Shown here in pieces: positions 46,322-62,153 of a DNA stretch of 64,000 nucleotides (position 1 is the first letter of the stretch; the number at the start of each line of letters is the position of its first letter). The stretch comes from Takakia lepidozioides. Lineage: Eukaryota > Plantae > Bryophyta. The position numbers were made by a program, and so were the translations under genes. The stretch spans positions 66,712,001 through 66,776,000 of the forward strand of contig CM060731.1 in the NCBI GenBank assembly GCA_030704615.1, read 5' to 3'. A model generated the notes under the pieces. It worked only from the letters and a program-made list of their open reading frames with translations, was not told where the DNA came from and made no database searches.

Positions 46322-47415
46322 AGGAGACGAAACCATATGATAAAACCAAGCCATGTGGTGTATTTCCAGCGCGGGTGTAACATCTGGAAATTCATCTCGA
46401 ATCCACAGAACAAGGGCCTAGACCAGGACATTGGCAACTATGTAAAGAAGAAAAGCCAAATAGTCGCAAAGAAAAAAATGTGACAACACGGAAATGGCAC
46501 TCGGCATCTTAAAGAACAATGACAATGCGCACATGTACACCTTTTCCATAGACTCCAATACCACTCATGAATTTAAGTCAACGAGGAAGATGAAGGTAAG
46601 CTTACTTAGAGCCTTTGGAGATGGCGGGAGTTCACAGGAGCCTGGGAGTTCGATAGCGTTTGTCACATGGACATGTTAGGTTTGAGAGAAAAGAGTATTA
46701 GCGACGGGAATGAATTGCTTTGTGTTCCAACAAGGATAAGAATACAATTATGGGGGCTTAATATTTCATCCATGTTTGATGACTTTTGGGAACCATCATG
46801 GACAGACTTCGTACTGTAGGTGTTCAGTTTTGAGGCCATTGCGCTTTGAGTTTGCATGCCTACGATACCATTGTAGATCCATTGGCAGGTCTAAAGGTGG
46901 TTATTAATTGCTTATACATGGCATGTTTTCAGATGCACAAGTTGTGCATATGAGGCATGAGTAGGTTTTAGATTAGATATAATTTGGGTGAGCATTAGGT
47001 GGGTCTACTGCACAGACATAGGAAGTTATGTACCACCACTTTTGATAATTCATATCAATTGACCACTTGCCTCTAAAATTTTGGAATTTACATGAGGTCC
47101 TGTTCGTTGAATTGCTAATCCAACCATATTATTTCCTCCTCGCTGCACCGAGCTTAAGTGCACACATTTGGGTGTTTCTACCTTAATGGTGAGTGAAAAG
47201 TTTGGTCGTGGATGACAGCGTTGGATGAATGCGATGGGAAAGCATGCTATCCTGCTAGGGCATCGTAAAAGAGTGACTTGATATTTATTACCACTGCAAG
47301 TTATCCCCGTCGCCTTTGAAATGTCTTTGGATGGCGAGGAGACGGGGAACGAAGGAATGACGTTGGCCCTTCATCGGCCCTTCAAGCTTCATGTAATGAC
47401 GCTTTTAGATCTTAA

Positions 47416-49200
47416 CCCCTAATGGACGAGGCAGTTTTTGGTGGGCCCCCTCCAAAACAGGATATACCCTCACGGATGAGGGTATATCTCTCACGAAACT
47501 AACATCCATTGGGATGAACCGTATGAATTGGAGGCTACCTACTTCATCCAGCTTCTCTGAAAATTTCAGCTCATTTCACCGTGTATTTTGGAAAATTATA
47601 AGAAATTTGCAAACCCTAAATTTGGGCTACACTCCAAATTTGCAGTGGAAAAATGGTTTGACCAGGAAAGTGGATCGACAATTTTTTTTTTCCTCACAAG
47701 ACCCTATCCAGATTCCTTTTATGTGGCACCTAAAGCATGTTGTGGCAAAATTCCAAAGCAGAATTCCAAATTTTCACAAGGTTGCTTTGTAAGGGAAAAC
47801 AGAGGGGGTCAAAACACACCATGAAGCTCAAATGACATGTAATTCAGGCTGCGGGGGTCCAAATTTCCTTGGAATCACAATTGCTGCGGTGAAAGTCTCC
47901 CTTGAATGATGAAGTACCACCTCCAAAAAGAATTTTATAATTTCAGCAAAAATTGAAGCACTGATTTATGTTTCTGTGAATTTCTACTTCAATCCCGGCT
48001 CAAGCCAAATATTGCCCGAGCCGGTAGACATTTCCGGCTACAAAAAATGGGCTACGTCACCAATTTGCGACAAAGTGTCGGGGGACCCCAAATGCAAAAC
48101 CCTAAGAAGGGTCTGGGGACGCCCTCTGTTTTGGCGTTTCACCCGACAAGCATCTGAGAACCAACTACCAACTACCAACTACCTGCTTTACCCCCAGTGC
48201 AACGATACAAGCTCCCCTCGAGCTCTTGCGTTACTCCCAATGTAGCGATACAAGGTCCCCGCGAGCACCTACTTTACCCCCAATGCAGTGATACAAGCTC
48301 CCCACGAATATCATGATCCCAGAACTAGGGGGGAGTTGAACCCCCCGATCTGCCCATTGTGCAGACAGTCCCCCCCCCCCCCCCTTCCCCAAAAATGTGA
48401 AACCACCCAAACACAACGCTCCTACACCAATACACCCAGACCCCCATCACCTCCACAACCCCTCAACCAACATCAGCAGATCGACATGACCCCCACAGCC
48501 TATGAACCATCACCAACACACCCCACATGACCAGCACTGCCCATGAACCAACAACAGCACACTCCCATGACCCCAGAAGCCTCCACTGCCCATGAACCAA
48601 CAACAGCACACACCCACAACCCCCAGAAGCCTCCACTGCCCATCAACCAATACCAGCACACCCCCAGTACCCCTACAGCCACCACAGATCAGCGAGAAAC
48701 ACACCCCACGCCCCACGCACACATGCCATCCACAGCCGATGCCAGCAAACCTGCAATGCAATCCAACACAACGGTGAACCCCCATCCACACAACCAATGC
48801 ACACATACAAGGAAGAAGTAACCACTGAAAGGCCTAGTTGCAGTCACCTCGTGGCATGTCGGTGTGCCTCATTCCAACACGGCCCAAGGCACAAGTGGCT
48901 GCCATCACAGCCAAGGCAATAATAGTGAGTACGAACTTGACACACAACACACAATCGCCGCCTTGTCGTGTGAAGGCACTGATGCAGCAACCCGCTGTCA
49001 ATCCGTATGCCAAAGCTAGATTGAATTCGAGATGTGTCATAACCCGACACCCCATCCTTCTCTCCATTGCAGAATGCAATATATACGCATTCACCACTGT
49101 GGTATCCAGAAGAAAAAAAAACCCTGCCTGCTCCAATCCACCCATGGCTCCTCTTCTCAACAAAGCCTTCAAATCTGCTCCCACTAGGTCGGGCCCACCC
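47416..49200 (-). mobile_element. piggyBac remnant: transposase C-terminus, cysteine-rich domain and 3' terminus
   Basis: FFFLLDTTVVNAYILH...HLEFNLALAYGL; RRLCVVC...THYYCLGC...LCLGPCWNEAH (48844-49130); TTAA|CCC at 47412-47418; 12-bp-stem hairpin at 47461-47488. Confidence 0.75.
48500..48670 (+). repeat. ~49-bp minisatellite within the piggyBac remnant
   Basis: CCATGAACCAACAACAGCACAC...CCCCAGAAGCCTCCACTGC units at 48541, 48590 and 48640. Confidence 0.8.
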
Positions 49201-49399
49201 AGATTTTACGATCCAAGTCTTCTCCACCCCTCTATAGGTACAGGCTTCTTCTTAGCACACCAATCTCACTCAATGGGCCTCACATCGCTGAGAAACGTAA
49301 GCCACTCCAAGTCTACAATGCCAGGACCAGCAGGCGTACACACTCGGCCCCAGTATCCAGGATTCATGATTGCACTCCAAGCTCTGAGCTCTCCAATTT

Positions 49400-52300
49400 C
49401 GTCCCTAGCCAGCCCGCCCTCTGATCCTTTCGAAGGGCCACTCAGCGACTTGGCAGCTCTGCAGTAAGCCATGAGTAAGGACCACCCACACGTTCCCATT
49501 GAGCTTCATCAGGTGAATTCTAATGTTGCACACATTGAGAGCAAAGGAGTCCTACTACACTTCCCTGGCAAAAAAGTGCGCAGGTCCCACGCGCGAGATT
49601 GGGCCATTCGGCATCTTGGTGGGTCGGGAGACCTTCAGGATCATTTCTGCCATCCAAGGGGTTGGGGATTCTTCTCCATCCTATTTGACTCAAAAGAGGC
49701 AGCTGATAATGCCCTTGGATTCAATCCTCATCTGCATAGGTACAACGTCAACATCTTCCCATGGTCCAAGAATATGGGCAACAAGAATGGTAAAATTTGG
49801 AGCCCTCGGATCATCTCGCTCCCCTACTTCCAGATCAATATCTGTTCTCGCTTCCAGAGATTGGCAACTTTTTTGGAGCGTATCTGGGCTGTCTGGCGGT
49901 CTTTGACCCCAATATGAGCACAACCACTTTAAAGGAAAATCCAGCTTGGAGGAGAACTACCATAGCATCAAGAGCTCATGAAGATGGTTTTGCCAAAATT
50001 GTGATGGTAATGCCTAATGACAAGGTCTTGCCATAATTTATTAACCTGCCATAGATGATCAAGGCAACTTCTTTTCAGTCAAAGTGTCTGAGACACAACC
50101 TCTTCGGCTTGTTATTATTGTGGGTTGTCTAGTCACCTTAGGGCAGCTTGCCCAAAAGCCTAAAGGAAAAGATTGGGCATTAATCAAGCAATGCAAAGGC
50201 AGTCAACCCTTATGCAAAATTTTGTTCCTATTCCAAACCCCCACCCAGACCTACACTATCGCACACTCCCCCAAGAGAAAACCAACCCTTTACCAGGGCA
50301 GGACTTGAGCAGCAACAAATGGGTCTTGGACGTCAAACAGATCTCATCATCCCCACCGACCAAGAGAAGGAAGGAGACATTTGACCCAATGATCCTGGAA
50401 GCTGTCTGTGGACCTGTTGACAATTTGCAGGAAAGGCAAGGAACTAATCAACTAGGAGCGTGAGGCCATGAGCATTCAAACCTCTTCTTCAACAAGGATT
50501 ATCAAGGCACAACCTGCTTCAGCCGCTCTCCCAATTCCAGAGATATAAGATGGGAGATGGAAGCTGCAAAAAACAAGGGGAAGGTCAACCCCAACATTCT
50601 CAAGAAGCCACTAGTGGAGCAGAAGCCCACTCCCACTCCCCGCTCCTCCCCTATGCCGCACAACCCAGAAATTGCAGCCTTCTGTGCCAAGCTCGGATCC
50701 TTCCCCAAATTGGCTTTAAAGGGATGCTCACTTCTCAGTTCTAGGAGGGACCCGGTTGCCACTTGTCTCACTCCCATGATTTTCAGAAAGAAACCGGCTC
50801 CTGCATTCCTGGTCACTGCTAGAGACAACATGAATTTTGAATCCATCTGGATTTATGTGCAGGACATTCACACCTTTTTGTCCAAGAGCCCAATGGATAG
50901 CAATCCCATTCCGAAGAAATCAAAAGGCAGCGCATGGCCGACTTCATCAACCCGACATACGACCCTTTTGGTTCCCTCTCAACATCCAGCTCCTCCGACT
51001 TGCAGATTTCGCAGTTCTTGTCGCAACCTCCGACCTCTTCCCAGCCTCCTTTCGAGTCCTCACTGCCCCCCCTCTCCTTGCAGACTCAGCTGCCTTCTCC
51101 GACACCTGCTCCAATCTCTCCTCCCCTTAATTTTGTAAGTCCACCCCCTCCACCGCAATCAATTCCAGTTCTTATTTTTGCTCTCAACCCAGCTCTTGCC
51201 AATAGATGTTCTATTCTTTGCCTTCATACGGATATCTCCCCCACACCATTCAAAGGTAAAAAGTGGAAAATTCTACCATCCATTCCCTACCCTTTTTCCT
51301 ACTACGACCTCACCTCAATCCTTGGTTCCGGTAACCTCACCCTCCAAACCCCAGTCTCCATAAAAACAAGCCTTCACAACACAGAGAGGTTCATACCTCT
51401 TGATAGCTCCGGTGCCCAGCTTCTACACCTCACTAGTACCCTGGTCATGAATATTCAGCTCAAGGACCCCATCCACGAATCCCCCCCCGTACCACCTCTG
51501 GTCCCCTTCCCTAGTACCCTCAGACAAAAGAACCAAATTCCGTTTCTTTATTTCCAGGCCATCAAATGAGTCTTCAGCCCTCAGCCTATCCTCCACCACC
51601 AATGTAGGTTAGCTTGACATCATGGAACATTCGGGGTCTCAGATGGCCCTTAAAAAAGTCAAGCTTTCAGCATGGCTAAACCCCCTCATCCCTTCTCAAG
51701 CGATAGTTTTCCTTCAGGATCATAAGCTTTGCGATAGGAAAATACACAATATCACCAATCAGCTTTGGCCCAAATCTGCATCTCTTTGGAAGCCCTCTTA
51801 TGAGGGAACAAAAGGAGGTACGGCCATCCTCCTCCACTCCCTCTTGCAATTTATCGTCAAAGAAGAAGTTTGGGAACCAGGGAGAGCCCAGTTCTGCTCC
51901 CTCCAGCTCCCTAATGACTCCAAACCCATAGGCCTCATTAGCATCTACGCTCTGAACAATTTTCTAGACAGAGCCGCCCTCTTGGACAAGATAGGCTCCC
52001 TCATGTCGCAACAACAAAACATAGGTAAATGGATTTTAGCGGGAGACTTTAACATGGTGGAAAACGAATGTGACAGGTTAGGCAGGGGCTCTGTCGTGCG
52101 CCTACATATCGCTACACAACTACATCGCTGGCCAAAACCACACAACACATGTGCACGCCACACACTAGTATACCACTAGTCCACCACTAGTCCAGCCATT
52201 AGTCCAACCACTAGGCTACAACTAGTCAGTCACTAGGCTGCCACTATGTTGCCCACTATGGCAGTCACTAGTCCACACAATGATAAAGAAGAGAATACAA

Positions 52301-55300
52301 GCACGAGCTCACAAAGCTGAAGCATAAACTCATGCATATATAACCTCATCACTCAAATACAAGTCAAGCCAAGTGCACCCCACGCCATGGGGAATCCACA
52401 CTACGGCGCCATAGCTAGGCGCGGGCCCGCAAAAGAAAGGAACTAGCCTTGAAAAATGCCTTGGAATTTGTCAGAAGAAAATAGAGGCTCGTATATGTGA
52501 TGCCCATACCTTTCAAACGTACCTTGAAGCTTGTCTCAATCTTGACACTTCCAGCTTCTCCAGGAAAACAAAATGAGGATGCAAGCTGGAATCAACTGAT
52601 CTACCAAGGGTGAAAAAATGTACAAATACTTTTTCCGAAAAGTAAATCAGCGAAGGGCCAACCAAGCCATTTCCCAGCTTCACATTGATCCCCATGGAAC
52701 CTTGTCCTCCAACCCTAGACTAATGTGTGCGTCACTCACTTCACTACCCTGTTTCAGGCTGACACAAAAGACGCTTCATACCCGGATAGACTTCAAGATT
52801 GTCTTACATCTATTCCCCACAAGCTTAAGCCAAGAGACTCTACCATGCTGTAGGAAGACCTCTCCCCTCAAGAGCTCGAAGATGCTCTCAAGGCCATGAA
52901 CAACAACAAGGCGCCTGGGCTTGATGGACATGCCGGTAGAATTCTACAAGACCCTTTGGACTGCCATCTCCAAAGATTTCTATGATATGGCAAATGCCAT
53001 CAAGGCCCAAGGATTCATGCCTGAATCCATGAACTAGGGAGTAATTACATTACTTTACAAGAAATGAGATAGGGCAAGTCTAGGCAACTACAGGCCCATT
53101 ACCTTACTCAATGTAGCTTACAAACTAAATCTTCGTATCCAGCCTCTCCTCCCTTCCATGATAAGGCCGGGGCAAGCTGGCTACATCAAGGGTAGGTACA
53201 TCCTCGATAATGTTCTACTGGCTTAGGAGGCTAACATCTATGCTGCCAACACGGGTCAAGCTTTGGCCCTTTGGCTCTTAGACTTCCAAAAGGCCTTTGA
53301 CAGAGTAGATTGGTCTTTCTTGATGGCAGTTCTAAAAAAAACATGCCTTCCACCATTCTTTTGTCAATGGGTTCAGATCCTATTATAGGGGGCTAGTAGC
53401 AGAGTAATAGTCAACGGTCACCTCACCAAACCCTTTCCACTTCAAAGATCAGTAAGGCAGGGCTGCCTGCTGGCTCCCTTCCTATTCCTCTTTGTGGCAG
53501 ATGCTCTGGGCTACATGTTAGACAACAACCCTCTGGTGAAAGGTCTCAATCTAGTAAACCCGAAAACCAACCTTGCAAGACACGTTAAGGACTCCATGTT
53601 TGTCAATGACACCTTTAGATCACTCCTCCCTTGCAGCAACAAAAAACACCCTATCTCGTTTTTGCAGCGTTTCTGGGTTTAAAGTCAATTGGTCCAAAAC
53701 CAAGGCTCTACTTCTAGGGGACCCCTCCAAGTCCACAATTGGAACTGCCCCCACTTGGGGAGATCACTTGGGCCTACTCTGGCTCAAACAGGGAGAGCCT
53801 ACAAAGCTGCTGGGCCACACATTTGGTATCAACCTCACTGAAGAACAACGCATAGGTCCTACAATTCAAAAACTCAAACGCCATTTAACTTACTGGGGTT
53901 CTTGCCACCTCTCCATCACTGGAAGGGCTCTGGTAGGCAACCAGATCCTCTTGGCGGGAGTCTGGTACTTTGCCTCCACATGGGGACCGGAGTCTAAAAT
54001 CATTAAGGAGGTCAAAAGGCTAATCCGGACTTTCATCTGGGGTACCAACTCCTCTGCGGAAGGCAAAAGACCTCAAGTCTCTTGGGCCCAAATTTGCCTC
54101 CCCAAAAAGATGGGTGGACTGGGTGTGCTTGATCCAGAAAAACAAATCATGGCACTACTAGGTAAATGGATCCCAAGATACCTTGGACCAGAAGGTGGTT
54201 GGTGGAAACTTATGGTCTCAGATACCATCTTTTCATCCTCCCTTCTTAAACGCGTCATCTAGCCTGCATCTAGCCGTTGGATTGTTCAAGGCTTCAATCA
54301 CAAGTCCACTGACTCTCCTCTTTGGTCTTCCATCTGGAAATCTTGGAACAACCTAAGATGTTTTCGAGCCGACCACATTCTCTGAAACATTGAGGCAAAC
54401 ATCTGTTCCTAAATACCCCAGCCCCTTCAATGGAGGATCGACGTTCGGCAAAGAGATGGGCAGCTTGGGTATCCAAAGGGTATTCTTCTGTCAGACATCT
54501 CTGGGAGAGCACCCCTCAATCCCTTCAACAAGCTCTAGGCTCAATGCGTCTCCACTCTGGAATTCTACTCATTATCCAATCAATACCGGACTCATGGAAG
54601 CTGCTGCTCAGAGATGGCCCTAAGCAACTCAGACCTCACCAGTGGGTGCTAGCAAACCCCCGCTCCCTGGAGGTTCTCTACATTGTTGAGGTCTCACATG
54701 CACTCATAACAGGGTTCTGTTTCCAGGCGGATGACCTCTCAGGTCATCTCTCCCTTGTGGGTAGGGACACTGTCATTCTCCCGGCTATCAATGTCTCCCC
54801 TGGTCCACACCAACATTCAACCCGGTTCCAGAGGAACTCCCATCCTTTCCTGATTAAAAAAATAAACCTTTGTCCTATTTGGGAACTCGGGCATCAGTTC
54901 ATTGCAACTGGACCCCGCAAAATGGACTTGGTCTTTCTAGGATGAACAACGACCTTTCTTTTCCTACTCGGCCAAAAGAGGCTATAGAGCTCTGTTGGGT
55001 GTCAGGCCCCTATACACAAAGTGGAATGACAAATGAAGTCATGAAGGTTTTAGGGAAGAGGACTGGAAAGGGATATGGGCTCAAGTATGGGAGAAAACAA
55101 AACCAGCCAAGATTAGTGTTTTTTTTTGGTAGGTGGCAAACAAAGTTCTCAAGGTAGGCCAGTACCTGAATTTTGACGAAGTACTGCTCTGTCAAAGCTG
55201 TTCCACTCAAACCATAGAATCACTGGAGCATTGTCTAATCGCCAAGAACCCCGAACCATCTGGCCTTTGGTTCAGACTTTCTACAGACCTTGGGATGTCA

Positions 55301-55710
55301 TGCCTTCCACATCGGTCAACATTCTCCTTAACTACAATCAACAAGGAAAATCCAAGGCTTTTGACTGTCCAGTCTTTGAATCTCTAAGAGGAGCAGTGCT
55401 CTGGAATCTATGGAAAAGTTATTGCGCTTGGGTCCTCAATAGTGAGAACAGTAATGCTACTGCAATCCTTACTATGGTCTTTTTTTATCTTACAATTGCT
55501 GTTAAGAAAGCTTGGGCCCAACTGTGTGCAGCAGTTGCCAGGAAACCCGAGCGTGAGTTTGCCCTACTCCAGACTTTTAGAGTCACATGGGCCAACAACG
55601 GGATCATTTGTCGCTGCAATCATGATCTCATCTGTTCATGGTCAGACAATATCCCCTCCTATTGGCAGGGGTACAGAAGTCACTTATTCGGCATCCCCGG
55701 AATTTGAGCA
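49400..55710 (+). mobile_element. L1/Tx1-type LINE, decayed (ORF1, APE, RT, C-terminal zinc finger)
   Basis: ORF1 GWGFFSILFDS and CYYCGLSSHLRAAC; APE TWNIRG, FLQDHK, WILAGDFNMVE; RT KAPGLDG, NYRPITLLNV, DFQKAFDRVDW, VRQGCLLAP; GGLGVLD; CQSC...ESLEHC. Confidence 0.9.
52092..52430 (+). mobile_element. LTR-like fragment inserted in the L1 between APE and RT
   Basis: APE similarity stops at TGTCGTGCGC; CCACTAGT repeats; matches 41443-41582. Confidence 0.7.
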
Positions 55711-55847
55711 CTCTGAAGTCAATTGGAAGCATGTCAGATTGTCTTCCGCTGCTCGTCTTCACTTCCACAGTTAAACAACATGTTCAAAACTATTTTATGT
55801 TTCTTTTATTCGCTCCTAACTACACCACTTCATTGCTCCCCTCCCTC

Positions 55848-57390
55848 GGGGGATTGCTAAAGCGCGAGCAGAATCCGTGAGCAGAAATTTCCGTGAGCAA
55901 ATTTCTGCTCATGCTTCAGGATCTGCTCACCTATAACCGCGGGCACCTATTCGGCTTAGAGGACCTATTACTGCGAGTAGTGTCCAGTATAATTCATCGT
56001 TATGAATGAACGACGGATGAATGATGGATAAATGGCCGATGAATGTCTGTTGGACGAATGACATTGGATGAATGTAGTTTGTGGATGAATGGAAAATTAA
56101 AAAGCATTTTTCAGTGGTGGTTGCCGAATCCCCCGAGCTCCAGAGTGAACCTCTGCCAACTGAGGAGGGTTGTGGTTGTCCTTTTACCAGGTATCCTAAG
56201 TCGAGAGAGATGCTCACACCCAATTGCAAAGAAGGTGGAGAGGCCATTTGGTGCTTTAATAAAAATCGTTTGAAACACTCGATTCATTCCGACGAGGAAT
56301 ATCCACTACTACTGGAGTCAGTGTCCAAAATGAGGACACAACTGTCTATGAAGACACTAGCCCTGCTCTGCAGAAAACCATCTCTGTCGTAAAACACAGG
56401 AGGGGGAGTTGAGATGAGACTAAATCGGCCACTGCAGCCTCCGCATAACATGACAACTCAAAATCTGTTTGCAAGTTTTTCAAAAACAAAAACAAAACAA
56501 AAAAAAATCTGATATATATATATATATATTGTTCCCCCAAATGTGCTAGATTAAAATGTCATCAACGACACCTTAATCTGGCTGCTCTTCTGGTGCGCTA
56601 TTTGGGGTGAATGACATCTACAAATTGCTCGGACTACATAACTTATGATTCGTTGTCATGTCCTTATTCCTGGTGACCAGAAATCCATGCTGGGTAAATG
56701 CCAGGTCCTTTGCTTGCAAAGCAAGGGTTGGGTTCATTTGCAAGTTTTCCCAAAAACAAAAACTGGCTACTCTTCTGGTGTGCTATTTGGGGTGAATGAC
56801 ATCTACAAATTGCTCTAACTACATAACTTATGATTCGTTGTCATGTCCCAACAGAGCTGGGAATTAAGATGTCGTTGACGACACCTTAATGTCTGCTTCC
56901 CTGCACAAAAAAGGTCCCCCCTATGGTTTTTTCCAGGGGACATATTTGTTCCGGGGAGATATTTATGGGTTCATTTGTCATGTGCTGACAGGGGCTGCGA
57001 TTTAAGCTGTCGTTGACGACAGCTTAATGTGTGCTTCCATGTGCATGCTCATCCCTGAGGATAGATGTTGTTGCAGTCATCCATGGTTCAATCATATGGG
57101 CAGTTTTTCATCCGCCACTCATCCAATGTTCATCCATTCCCTTTTACGTCCATCCCAAATACATTCATCCGTAAATTTTTCATTGCACATTCGTGCCACA
57201 TTGTCGTCATGTCTTCGGTTCGATAGAGAGGAGATTGCGTCATTGCAGTGGTGTTTGTGTTCACGGCAATAGGCCCACTTGTTCCCTCGGTTTTAGGGTC
57301 CGCATCAGCAATCTGCTCACGCTTCGGGGAATCTGCTCACGCATAAAAGAATCTGCTCACGGGTTTTGCTCTCGCCTTTGCTGCCGTCCC
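55848..57390. mobile_element. Non-autonomous element related to the 3793-14346 MULE
   Basis: Imperfect ~35-bp TIRs with GTGAGCAGA/TCTGCTCAC arrays; CCTATAACCG(C/T)GG motif shared with ~4006; TGTCGTTGACGACA palindromes; ~84-bp internal direct repeat (56580, 56764); possible low-complexity CCCTCCCTC TSD. Confidence 0.7.
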
Positions 57391-57849
57391 TCCCTCCCTC
57401 CCTTCAGTTCGACCTCTAGCCTCAACTCTTGCAACGGCGTCCGACCGGGTACAATCGCCAACGGGTCTCCAAGTCTCGAATGGCAGTTTAGCCACTATTT
57501 CTCCAAAGCATGGACTTTACCCTGCATGAGATTTGCACTGTTTCTTTACCACCTAGGAATATCCTCTAGGCCAAATAGTCGTAGCAATGATGCTACTTGT
57601 TTAAGGTGTCTTATTTCTCACTTATTGATCGAGAGTTATCCAACACAACTTACCGTGTGAACACGCCTTCTGGCATCCTGCGGGTTTTAATTTTTTCCCT
57701 TCAAATAACCTTTAATAAAATTAAACCAGGGCACCCTTCTCCAATATATATATATATATATAATTTTTAAATTTCTTTGTGAAATCAACTGAAATCTTCT
57801 AAATTCATACATGTTAATGATTTAGTGGTTATTTTCATTTTTATTTTTT

Positions 57850-58050
57850 ATACCCGGGTTGATGTATTAGATTGGAATACCCATCCTATTGATACCCGTC
57901 CGCAAATCGAAATTCACACTACTATTGAGAACCTGCGGGTATTAAATTGAAGGGAATCTTTCAATACTATGGAACCGGCTGGTATTGCAAATTAATTTCT
58001 TTTCAATACCCGGCTGGTATTAGAAAAAGTAATACCTGCCCAAGGTTGGG
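57850..58050. repeat. ATACCCG / CGGGTAT motif cluster, MITE-like
   Basis: Several ATACCC and GGTATT motifs in both orientations; termini not identified. Confidence 0.35.
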
Positions 58051-58326
58051 ACATCCCTCAATTTTTAAGCAGAGTACGAATATTCTCCCAATTTTTAGCC
58101 ATGGAAAATCATCCTCCTACAGTCAGTTTCTTCGTTATGTATGGTGATTCGTCTAGGTGGAGCTGCACAAGACAATTAGTCTGCACTTTCACCACAACAT
58201 CTGTTGACAACCAACGATCCTGGCACAACGGCCATTTCCTTGAATGTACTTCACTTGTTACAAGTACAAGAATGACTTCCGATCAGCCAAATGCAACTCC
58301 CAACGAGTTCATTGAGATGTGGAGTG

Positions 58327-61114
<2,788 letters not shown>

Positions 61115-62153
61115 TCTTCTCTCTCTCTTTCTCTCTCCCTTCGCTTGCCTCAAAACAACACTGTTCAAACGCACCACGCAACAACACTCTCATATCTGTT
61201 CATCCCTAAGACACGATACTTTCATCTATCCATTCATCCCTCTATCCATCAGATTTCCCGGCGCGAGCGACCGCCGGTTTGTCGGCCGGGAACCGGCCGC
61301 ACAAGGAGCGGCGACGCGCAGTACAGTACCCGTTCCGTCCGAGGGCTGGTCGGGACTCTGCATTGCACTCGTGCGAGCGGGCGCTTGAGGCCGTCCGCGT
61401 GGACGGCCCACATGGGGCTCGACATGGGCACGTGTGAAGAGGCTGACGGCGCAGAGGCAGTCCGCTGCAGATCGCGCTACGTGTGAACACGCTACACACG
61501 GATAGGGTCGAGCGCCCGTGACGTGTCCAACCGCGACCTGCCTAACCCGGGTTAGCCCTCTCCTTTATTTTCTCTTTATCATTTTCCTTAACTGACCCAC
61601 TCCTGGTGGCGAAACTTCGGAGAGCTCGTAATTAGCCTGCCGTTCGCAGTTACTCATTTCGCACGTCTTTGGATTGAGGAGGATTTGAACACTGCACCTC
61701 CGCTGTAAGTTGCGACGTGGTAACCGTGGTTAGGCTCTTGACCGCGCGGGGAACCGCGAGTGGGGTCCGCGGTGGGTCGGGCAGAGTTGAGGAAGGAGGG
61801 GGCGCCAAGCGGCCGGCGATGGTGGAGTGGATGGGGGAAGGGATTGCTTGTTGGTTTGAGACAAGAGGGAGCTCTGCGATAGAGTGAGAAACTCTTTTGT
61901 TACGGCGAAGCAGTTCAAATCCCTCATTTCATATAGTCCCTCGATATTGGTTCAAAAGCATGTAGGTGTTTGATCATAAATATTTTCGGACAAGAGTTTC
62001 GATGTTTGATCATAAATATTGTCAGACAAGAGTTTCGTGGTGAGAAGAGGGAGTCGGATTGTGAAGGGAGGTTTTGGATTTCCATGGCCGAAATTGTCTG
62101 TGAAAGGCGAAGAAGCTGTGGGATCTGTGGGGGCAGTATGTAGGGGTGGAAAG
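61115..62153. promoter_or_regulatory. GC-rich divergent promoter/5'UTR region between NDUFS8 and the LOV gene
   Basis: Head-to-head genes; CpG-rich; ACGTG motifs at ~61520 and ~61715. Confidence 0.55.
61967..62037 (+). repeat. 36-bp tandem duplication
   Basis: TGTTTGATCATAAATATT(T/G)TC(G/A)GACAAGAGTTTCG twice. Confidence 0.9.

Noticed and set aside
46330-47400. Possible gene or TE remnant
   Set aside because: No frame gave a recognisable protein
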